The position numbers and the translations under genes were made by a program. 64,000 nucleotides of DNA from sequence record SRR2962707_1393. One strand, 5' to 3'. Below, in pieces: positions 56,626-64,000 of this stretch. Position 1 is the stretch's first letter. Every line of letters begins with the position of its first letter. The notes under the pieces are model-generated. The model was not told the origin of the DNA and did no database searches. It saw only the letters and a program-made list of their open reading frames with translations.

Positions 56626-56680
56626 TAGGCTTATATTCCTACATCAGAGGCGCAGTCGCTTGATAGGATTATTTTCCTAT
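56626..56680. promoter_or_regulatory. Two palindromic operator-like sites upstream of gafY
   Basis: TAGGCTTATATTCCTA (56626-56641) and ATAGGATTATTTTCCTAT (56663-56680), both TAGG-N8-CCTA. Confidence 0.65.
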
Positions 56681-56797
56681 ACTTGGGAAATTGCTGATTT
56701 TTCGGGGATAAAATAGAAAAAGAAAAAGCAAACGCGATACTTATCCAACGATGCATTTAGCACGCTAGCCTTGGCCCATTCGAATATGGGACATGAA

Positions 56798-57040
56798 ATG
56801 GATATAAGTCAGTCAAGTTTGGCGAATGTTGAAATCGACGGAATTTTTATGCTTTTGTTCGGCGTAGACGCAAGCAAAATTCATACGGCCCCGTCACATC
56901 AACTACGCTATTGGCTTACGCATATTGATGGCAAACTTGCTCGTGAACGGGCGCGCGGGGTGTTGAGCCATCCGCGCTATAGCCTCTCACGCCATGTATC
57001 GCTGGCTGCAGCAAAAAAAGAAATAACTCGGAACCTATAA
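56798..57040 (+). CDS. Small protein divergent from gafY (DUF6477-like)
   Basis: RERARG..YSLSRHVSL motif; start uncertain (56771, 56786 or 56798). Confidence 0.5.
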   Translation: MDISQSSLANVEIDGIFMLLFGVDASKIHTAPSHQLRYWLTHIDGKLARERARGVLSHPRYSLSRHVSLAAAKKEITRNL

Positions 57041-57055
57041 GGCGCCGAGTTATTT
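57013..57055 (-). terminator. Intrinsic terminator of mucR
   Basis: AAATAACTCGG (57021-57031) / CCGAGTTATTT (57045-57055); minus strand followed by CTTTTTTT. Confidence 0.7.
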
Positions 57056-57078
57056 AAAAGCTCACCTAAGTCGGAGAC

Positions 57079-57498
57079 TTATTTACGTTTGCGACCAAGA
57101 CCCATTTCACGGGCTAGGCGCGAGCGCTCTTCCGCGTAGGCAGGTGCTACCATCGGGTAATCAGCGGGTAGATCCCACTTTTCACGATAGTCTTGCGGGG
57201 TCATATTATAATGGCTCATCAAGTGGCGTTTAAGCGACTTAAATTTCTGTCCATCTTCAAGGCAAATAATATAGTCGTTTGTTACCGATTTCTTCGGATT
57301 AACGGCTGGCTTAGCCTTTTCCTGAATTGCAACGGCAGTGCCGCCCATAGAGCTTTGTAGCGCTGCATTTACATTGCTAATAAGATTAGGAAGATCGCTT
57401 GCTGCAATCTCATTTTTGCCTACATAGGCGGATACCACCTGAGCCGTTAACTCAGCGAGTAGTTCTGCATCTGCGTGTTTAGATACTTCAACGTTCAT
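57079..57498 (-). CDS. mucR: Ros/MucR zinc-finger transcriptional regulator
   Basis: [43 protein letters not shown]. Confidence 0.95.
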   Translation of the reverse strand: MNVEVSKHADAELLAELTAQVVSAYVGKNEIAASDLPNLISNVNAALQSSMGGTAVAIQEKAKPAVNPKKSVTNDYIICLEDGQKFKSLKRHLMSHYNMTPQDYREKWDLPADYPMVAPAYAEERSRLAREMGLGRKRK

Positions 57499-57702
57499 CG
57501 TCCGCCTCCGAACAGTTTATAAATAAAAAAAATCAAGTGGAATTTAAATAATTACAACACTTACTGCCAGGCTGATGTTTAAGTCTATTTTTGCAAACAA
57601 GCAAAGTAAAAATTTGATATATACATCGGTAGGTTGCGAAGTTACCGTATAGGTTGCAATAGGTTGGCTTTAATATTTAAAACCCAATTTTATTGATAAA
57701 AT

Positions 57703-58038
57703 TCAGTCATTTCCCTCAAGATCATCAATAACGCTAGACTTATCCAAACGATAGCCGACAGCATAAGATGCCTTGGCAAGTAGATGGGCTGAAATAGGTG
57801 CCGTCAGCAAGAAAAACACAACGCCAGCTATGGCGCGTGTTGTTGTAGACAAATCACCTGCATGAACAGCAAGCGCTATCAACATGAGGCCAGAGCCTAA
57901 TGTGCCCGCCTTTGAGGCAGCGTGCATCCGCGTGTAGATGTCAGGCAAGCGCCAAAGGCCAATTGCCGCGATCAGCGCAAAACTTGCCCCCACGATAAGC
58001 AAACAACCGGCAATGAGACTTCCTAGACCTTCAATCAT
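57703..58038 (-). CDS. mnhG: Mrp/Pha Na+/H+ antiporter subunit G
   Basis: [27 protein letters not shown]. Confidence 0.9.
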   Translation of the reverse strand: MIEGLGSLIAGCLLIVGASFALIAAIGLWRLPDIYTRMHAASKAGTLGSGLMLIALAVHAGDLSTTTRAIAGVVFFLLTAPISAHLLAKASYAVGYRLDKSSVIDDLEGND

Positions 58039-58415
58039 GACTTTGCCTCTGGTTCGTTGGAATTAGGCTTGATCGTATGAATTGGCACTTCTTTTTTGCC
58101 GTTCTTAATTTTCACGCGCGGTTGGCGCGGCGCATCTTCAGTTTGCCCCCGCGTTAAAATGAAACGGGCAAACGCGACCGTTGCCAAAAAGCCGACAAGG
58201 CCAAGCGCAATCGCGATATCCAGATAGAGCGTATAGCCCGTCTTAATGCCCAAAACGGCAATAAAACCAATAGCAGCAGCCACAAGCATATCAAGTGCCA
58301 AGATACGATCTGGCAATGTTGGCCCTTTGATCACTTTAAAAACGGTCAAAAGGAATGACGCACTCAGGAATACCAAAGCCAGCTGAACAGAAAAATCAAG
58401 AAAACCGGAAAACAT
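58035..58415 (-). CDS. mnhF: Mrp/Pha antiporter subunit F
   Basis: [23 protein letters not shown]. Confidence 0.9.
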   Translation of the reverse strand: MFSGFLDFSVQLALVFLSASFLLTVFKVIKGPTLPDRILALDMLVAAAIGFIAVLGIKTGYTLYLDIAIALGLVGFLATVAFARFILTRGQTEDAPRQPRVKIKNGKKEVPIHTIKPNSNEPEAKS

Positions 58416-58888
58416 TAGCGGAAAGCCTCCAATATTTTTCGTTCAAAGCCATCAGCAATATCGCGGCGTATCTGATCTGGATCAGAGCAATCAAGCGCAT
58501 GAATGAACAGCTTGCTGCGGTCTGCCGACACGTCCACCGAGAGCGTGCCGGGTGTCAACGTGATGAGATTTGCCAGCAATGTAATCTCAACATCACGATC
58601 AACTTTAAGCTCATAGGCGAAGATGCCTGGTTTCAAATCAATTTTTGGCTGCAAAACAAGCACCGCCACGCGAAACGCGGACAAAACCAGCTCATAGATG
58701 AACAAAAGCAAGAGAGAAATAATGCGGCGAAGGCGAGAGAAATATCCAACAGAACCAACTTGCTCGCGAATAAGAAACAACGCGAAGCTGGCAAGCGCGA
58801 AGCCGAACATCAAATTGCCGAGGGCAAATGAGCCCGAAATAGCCGCCCAAACCAGAGACAGGATCACATTAACAAGAAACAAATTCAT
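58415..58888 (-). CDS. mnhE: Mrp/Pha antiporter subunit E
   Basis: [20 protein letters not shown]. Confidence 0.9.
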   Translation of the reverse strand: MNLFLVNVILSLVWAAISGSFALGNLMFGFALASFALFLIREQVGSVGYFSRLRRIISLLLLFIYELVLSAFRVAVLVLQPKIDLKPGIFAYELKVDRDVEITLLANLITLTPGTLSVDVSADRSKLFIHALDCSDPDQIRRDIADGFERKILEAFR

Positions 58889-60468
58889 TATAGTGCTCCT
58901 TGTATTTGAGGGGTGAATACAGCGTCGATATATAGCTGCGGGTTAAGCAGGTCTGAGGCAACACGGTCCATGACCTGTATAACGGGTTCGGGATAGATAC
59001 CAACGATAATCGTAATCAGCGTCAACGCGACGGTGACAGAAATAGCAATCCCCTGCCCTGCCATTGCATTTTGCGAAATTTCTTCGCCTTGGCTTGGCCG
59101 CCAAAACGCGAGAGAAAACACGCGCGCCAGCGCAATTGTGGTCAAAAAGCCGGAAATTATGATTGACGCCGCAAGCCACCAAACGCCTACATCAATCGAC
59201 GCTTTAACCAGCATCAATTTCGGCCACAGGCCAGACAATGGCGGCAGACCGGCCATGGCAAGAATAAGGGCCAGTGCAAGCCCTGCCAACCATGGGAATG
59301 CGCTATAAAGGCCGCCTGCTCTTGCCAGATCAAAATGGCCCATTGCGCGGCCCATAATACCAAACAGCATATAGAGTGCGGTCATAATGATCATGGAGTG
59401 AGTAGCGTAAAAAACAGCACCGGACACGCCAATTTGGCTGCCAAGCGCCAATCCGGCTAACATCATGCCAATGCCTGAAATCACAAGATAGCCGAGCGTG
59501 CGGCGAATGTCAGACTGGGCCAAAGCACCGAGTGAACCAAGCAACATCGTTATAGCCGCGATAATGGCGATAACCAAAGCAAGGTCCTGCCGATCAGATG
59601 GGAACAAAGTGAAGAATAAGCGAAGCAGCGCATAGACACCAACCTTGGTTAGCAAACCCGCAAACACGGCTGACACGGCCACTTTAGGCGTATGATACGA
59701 AGCTGGAAGCCAAGCGTTAAGCGGGAAAGCAGCCGCCTTCATCAAGAAGGCAAAAAGGAACAAGATAACGACCGTGAAATGAGGACCATTATCTTTGAGC
59801 GCGGCAGATTTGCGCGCAATGTCGGCCATATTCAGCGTGCCAAACAAGCCGTAGAGATAGGCAACTCCGATCAGGAATAGTGTTGTCGCCATCAGGTTTA
59901 GGAAAGCGTATTTTGTCGCGCCATCGAGCTGAGGACGCTCGGAACCCAAAATTAAAAGGCCAAACGAAGAAATCAAAAGCACTTCAAACCAGACATAAAG
60001 GTTGAATATGTCGCCGGTTAAGAATGTTGAAGTTACGCCCGCCATCATCAGCAGCAAGAAAGGATAGAAGCCATAACGCCGACCGGTTGCATCAACATCT
60101 TTGAGCGCATAGACGCCGCTTGCCAAGCCAACAATGCCCGCCACAAGGGCAAAAGTTGCACCAAGAAGATCTGCCTCAAAGGTGATGCCAAATGGCGGCA
60201 GCCAGCGGCCCATCGTCATAACAACGGCGCCGTTATTCAACACATTCCAGAACAGACCAATATCGGCCAAAAGCATCGCAGTTAGACCAGTGATTGCGAT
60301 ATAACCTTGATTGGCAACATATTTGCGCTGCATCAAACACAACGCGCCAAAAATAAAGCCGAAAATAAGCGGCGCGATGATCAACCAATCGGCGAGCGGA
60401 GGTGCGGCTAAAATCTGCGCACTTGCTAAATCTATTTGTGACGAAACAGCCATACTCATATTGCCCAT
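58888..60468 (-). CDS. mnhD: Mrp/Pha antiporter subunit D
   Basis: TGDIFNLYVWFEV, WLPASY, LLTKVGVY, GLPPLSG. Confidence 0.9.
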   Translation of the reverse strand: MGNMSMAVSSQIDLASAQILAAPPLADWLIIAPLIFGFIFGALCLMQRKYVANQGYIAITGLTAMLLADIGLFWNVLNNGAVVMTMGRWLPPFGITFEADLLGATFALVAGIVGLASGVYALKDVDATGRRYGFYPFLLLMMAGVTSTFLTGDIFNLYVWFEVLLISSFGLLILGSERPQLDGATKYAFLNLMATTLFLIGVAYLYGLFGTLNMADIARKSAALKDNGPHFTVVILFLFAFLMKAAAFPLNAWLPASYHTPKVAVSAVFAGLLTKVGVYALLRLFFTLFPSDRQDLALVIAIIAAITMLLGSLGALAQSDIRRTLGYLVISGIGMMLAGLALGSQIGVSGAVFYATHSMIIMTALYMLFGIMGRAMGHFDLARAGGLYSAFPWLAGLALALILAMAGLPPLSGLWPKLMLVKASIDVGVWWLAASIIISGFLTTIALARVFSLAFWRPSQGEEISQNAMAGQGIAISVTVALTLITIIVGIYPEPVIQVMDRVASDLLNPQLYIDAVFTPQIQGAL

Positions 60469-60845
60469 TAGTAGCCGAGGGGCGGAATAGGCTCGCCCTT
60501 CGGTTCTGCGACACGCATTTCTTCCGTATCGTCGGTTTCAAGCTCCTGATAGGTGCGGAACACAAGAACAAGCAGGAATGCGAAGAAAGAAAATGAAATA
60601 ACAATTGCGGTCAAAACCAATGCCTGTGGCAATGGGTTTGCAATTGAATCTAAAGGCACAGAGGCATTATCTGCAATAATCGGCGGCACCTCCCGTGTGA
60701 TGCGACCTACTGTAAAGATCGTCAAATTGACCGCATTGCCAAGAAGCGTCACACCCAAAAGCATGCGAATAATGTGCTGTGATAAAAGCAAGTAGATGGC
60801 CACGAAAAAGAAGAAACCAGTGAGAATTGAAATTGCGACTTCCAT
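60468..60845 (-). CDS. mnhC: Mrp/Pha antiporter subunit C
   Basis: LGNAVNL, NPLPQALVLTAIVI; start MEVAIS at 60845 (TAATG overlap). Confidence 0.9.
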   Translation of the reverse strand: MEVAISILTGFFFFVAIYLLLSQHIIRMLLGVTLLGNAVNLTIFTVGRITREVPPIIADNASVPLDSIANPLPQALVLTAIVISFSFFAFLLVLVFRTYQELETDDTEEMRVAEPKGEPIPPLGY

Positions 60846-61264
60846 TAATCTCGCTCCCTTTCTTCCAATGCCAGCGCTGTCGAAGTGATTGAGCCAAGCA
60901 CAACCAGATAAACGCCAATGTCGAAAAGCAGCGTCGTCGACAATTTCAGCTCGACGCCGAAAAACTCCGGATAAATCCAAAGACCTGTCATAAATGGCAC
61001 ATTCACCATCAATGACAGAATGCCAGCAATGGCGGCCATCAAAAGGCCGAAGCCCGCAATTGCCATAGGGTGGAACCTTATTGCACGGCGCACCGGCGAC
61101 ACACCGCAGGCAATACCATAAATAGCTAAAGCCGAAGCCGCGATTAGACCGCCGATGAAGCCACCGCCTGGTTCATTGTGCCCGCGCAGCAGCACGAACA
61201 CGGAATAAAGCATCATCAAGCTCGTAAAATAAGGCGCTACGGTACGGAAGATTAAAGTGCGCAT
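60845..61264 (-). CDS. mnhB: Mrp/Pha antiporter subunit B
   Basis: [24 protein letters not shown]. Confidence 0.9.
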   Translation of the reverse strand: MRTLIFRTVAPYFTSLMMLYSVFVLLRGHNEPGGGFIGGLIAASALAIYGIACGVSPVRRAIRFHPMAIAGFGLLMAAIAGILSLMVNVPFMTGLWIYPEFFGVELKLSTTLLFDIGVYLVVLGSITSTALALEERERD

Positions 61265-63603
61265 TAGGCGTCTCCCTGACCGCTTGGGCTATCTGTGCCG
61301 CGCCATTTAGGCGCTACGCGAATGAGCGCCAAAATAGCCAAGCCAGACACCATCACTACGGCGATCTCGCCAAATGTATCAACACCGCGGAAGTCAACAA
61401 GTATAACATTCACAATGTTGCGGCCGTGGGCAATTGTGTAGGAATAGGCATTGAAAAACTCGGTCAAAGTTGGATCAAAAGTTGTTTCCACAACACCGAG
61501 CAGAACAAGCGTTAAACCAATCGCACACACAAACGCAATTGACCCATCTTTTATTATTTGGCCTGTTGAACGGTGATCTTGCGGCGATAGGCGCAGGCGC
61601 GTCATCACAAGGGCGAGAATAACAACCGACAATGTTTCGACCATAAATTGGGTGAATGACAAATCTGGTGCGCCCATGAGCATAAACAGAAGCGCCACGG
61701 CAAAGCCTTGAATACCCAGTGATACGATGGCTGTCAGGCGATTGCGCGAATAAAGCACTGTAAATAGACCGATCACACAGATGATAACGATGGCCCATTC
61801 ATAAATATACATATTTGGAAATTCTGGCATGCTTGGCCATTCGTTGGCGACATAAAGACCGGCAAATAGGCTGATACCAAGGGCAACAAATACTGTCGCC
61901 ACATAAGTGTCTGTTGAGCCTGTTTGAACTTTACGCGTAATCCAAGTCGCGCCGCGCACAAGACCGCGTATAGCCTGATCAAAGCCGCGATCTGGGCCCC
62001 AACCAATCGTTTCCAAAATATCAGCCATGCGTGCGCGCAGGAAGTCAATTTTCATATAGAGCGCAATGCCCAATCCAACAGTGATCAACGATAGCAACAA
62101 TGCCAAGCTGATATGCGGGATGACACTAATATAGACATCAACAGTTTCGCCTGAAACCGCGGAAGCCATTGGGCTTGAGATGTAATAATGAAGCTGACTT
62201 GAAAGCAGTGCCAAGATTAAACTGGCCGCCGCTAGAACTACCGGACCAGCATACATCAACAATGGCGCCTCATGGGCAGACTTGGGTGTTTTAACCTTTT
62301 CGCCGAGAAATGGTTTGAGCGCGACAGCAAAGCCGATTACAAACATCAGCGCGTTGCCGATGATCGCCATTGTGGTGATAAAAATTGGCCAAAGCTCTCC
62401 AGAGGCAACACCAGCGTAAATTTCTTCTTTTGCCAAGAAACCAACAAATGGCGGCAATCCGCCCATCGACAATCCAGCTAGTAACGCAGCGCCAAAGGTG
62501 ATCGGCATGGCTGACATGAGGCCGCCAAGCTTGGTGATGTCACGGGTACCGGCTTCATGATCGACATTACCGGCCACCATGAATAGGCAGCCCTTAAATA
62601 GGGAGTGGGCCAGCAAATATAGCACTGCGCCCTCAATTGCCTTTTCTGTGCCAAAGCCAGTCAACATAACGAGCAGGCCGAGCGATGCAACGGTTGTATA
62701 GGCGAGCATCATCTTTAGGTCGGTCTGGCGTACCGCAAGCAAAGTGCCAATGACCAAAGTAACACTGCCGAAAAGCGGCAAGATAACTTCCCAATAGATC
62801 GTATCGCCCATCACTGGGTTCATACGCATCAACAAAAACACACCGGCTTTCACCATGGTCGCAGAATGCAGATAAGCGGAGACAGGTGTCGGCGCTTCCA
62901 TGGCATTGGGCAACCAAAAGTGAAGTGGGAATTGCGCAGACTTTGTAAACGCACCACCAAGAACCAAAATAAGAGCCGCCAAATAGAATGGGCTATCGCG
63001 CAACAGATCACCCGTACTTAGCAACAAAGACATCTGCGAAACGCCCGTGACATTCCAAATCACGACCAGACCGGCCAGCAAAGACAATCCGCCAAGTCCA
63101 GTAACCACAAGTGCCTGAATGGCGGCACGGCGCGAACGCTCTTTGCTGTGGTTAAAGCCAATGAGCAAAAACGAGGTGATGGATGTCAGTTCCCAAAACA
63201 CGAAGAGCATAAAGAACGAATCTGACAGCACCAAGCCTTGCATCGCGCCCATAAACATAAACATGAACGAGAAAAAGCGCCCCTGATGAGCATGGCCCTT
63301 CATATAGCCGCCGGTATAGAGAATGATAAGCGTACCGATGCCGGTGATGAGCAAAGCAAAGGTCAATGACAGACCGTCAATCAGCCAAGAAAAATTGACG
63401 CTTAAAGATGGAATCCACTCAACGCCGCCTGTTATGCGCTGCCCTTCGGCTACAAGCGGCAAGTGGCTGGCATAATAGGCAAAAAGCGCAGCCGGCACGA
63501 GCGCTAAAACCCAAGCAGCATTGTGTTTTAAGTTTCGAACTAAAAATGGGGCAATAAGAGCAGCAGCAAATGGCGCAAACAACGCGTAAAAGGTCATCCC
63601 CAT
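61264..63603 (-). CDS. mnhA: Mrp/Pha antiporter subunit A
   Basis: [50 protein letters not shown]. Confidence 0.92.
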   Translation of the reverse strand: MGMTFYALFAPFAAALIAPFLVRNLKHNAAWVLALVPAALFAYYASHLPLVAEGQRITGGVEWIPSLSVNFSWLIDGLSLTFALLITGIGTLIILYTGGYMKGHAHQGRFFSFMFMFMGAMQGLVLSDSFFMLFVFWELTSITSFLLIGFNHSKERSRRAAIQALVVTGLGGLSLLAGLVVIWNVTGVSQMSLLLSTGDLLRDSPFYLAALILVLGGAFTKSAQFPLHFWLPNAMEAPTPVSAYLHSATMVKAGVFLLMRMNPVMGDTIYWEVILPLFGSVTLVIGTLLAVRQTDLKMMLAYTTVASLGLLVMLTGFGTEKAIEGAVLYLLAHSLFKGCLFMVAGNVDHEAGTRDITKLGGLMSAMPITFGAALLAGLSMGGLPPFVGFLAKEEIYAGVASGELWPIFITTMAIIGNALMFVIGFAVALKPFLGEKVKTPKSAHEAPLLMYAGPVVLAAASLILALLSSQLHYYISSPMASAVSGETVDVYISVIPHISLALLLSLITVGLGIALYMKIDFLRARMADILETIGWGPDRGFDQAIRGLVRGATWITRKVQTGSTDTYVATVFVALGISLFAGLYVANEWPSMPEFPNMYIYEWAIVIICVIGLFTVLYSRNRLTAIVSLGIQGFAVALLFMLMGAPDLSFTQFMVETLSVVILALVMTRLRLSPQDHRSTGQIIKDGSIAFVCAIGLTLVLLGVVETTFDPTLTEFFNAYSYTIAHGRNIVNVILVDFRGVDTFGEIAVVMVSGLAILALIRVAPKWRGTDSPSGQGDA

Positions 63604-63816
63604 TATGCTTCCACCAATGTTAAACCTATAATCACGCGCATTAATTCAGCCTGTTAAATTGAACCTGAACCTAGAACCTCGCCTTCGGCTCGACAAGTGC
63701 TAGGGGGCAAAAATCAACAGTAATGCGACAAAAAGCTCACTTCTCGAAAATGTGAAAGGTCTGTGTGCTTGCCGCGTGTGCCTTGCGCACCTATTTGTTT
63801 TGTAAAGGAGAGTTTT

Positions 63817-64000
63817 ATGACCGACACAAAGAAAATCCTAAAAACAGAAGAAGAATGGCGCGAAGAACTAACCCCTGAACAATTCCACGTTTTACGCAAA
63901 CATGGCACAGAGCGCGCGGGCACTTCGCCGCTTAATAGCGAGAAACGCGATGGCACATTTACCTGTGCTGGATGCGGCAAAGCCCTTTTTAGAAATGATG
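63817..64000 (+). CDS. msrB: Peptide-methionine (R)-S-oxide reductase, 3'-truncated by window edge
   Basis: [51 protein letters not shown]; absent from the ORF track because it has no stop codon in the window. Confidence 0.88.
   Translation, partial: MTDTKKILKTEEEWREELTPEQFHVLRKHGTERAGTSPLNSEKRDGTFTCAGCGKALFRND

Noticed and set aside
63714-63980. 88-aa minus-strand ORF in the ORF track
   Set aside because: Antisense shadow of msrB, which has a clear RBS and family motifs.
1-64000. CRISPR arrays, tRNA/rRNA genes, IS elements, defence systems
   Set aside because: None recognised by eye; intergenic gaps are short and mostly explained by promoters and terminators. A tRNAscan, Rfam and ISfinder run would be needed to exclude them formally.

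Overview
Chromosomal window (~50% GC by eye) from a Rhizobiales/Hyphomicrobiales alphaproteobacterium, judged from the feuNPQ, cycHJKL, pleC, divJ, mucR and frc gene content. The left part is housekeeping and metabolism: fructose ABC transporter frcCAK, a type III glutamine synthetase with a sigma54 promoter, ETF-QO, a UDG-like protein, pepN, pleC and glnE. Next come degP with a two-component pair, cytochrome c maturation genes and feuNPQ. The centre (31816-46290, minus strand) is an RcGTA-type gene transfer agent head-tail cluster with all expected structural genes, running from putative TerS to megatron and ending in a small holin-like gene. It has no integrase or replication genes, and its NlpC/P60 gene is frameshifted. 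About 9 kb to the right lie homologues of the GTA activators GafY/GafZ, near divJ, sufE and mucR, followed by an mrp/pha antiporter operon and the 5' end of msrB. The most notable observation is a shared imperfect palindrome (TAGG-N8-CCTA type) that occurs twice upstream of gafY and once over the -35 box of a near-consensus sigma70 promoter at the head of the GTA cluster, suggesting one regulator acts on both. All product calls come from recognising motifs and synteny by eye; no database search was run.
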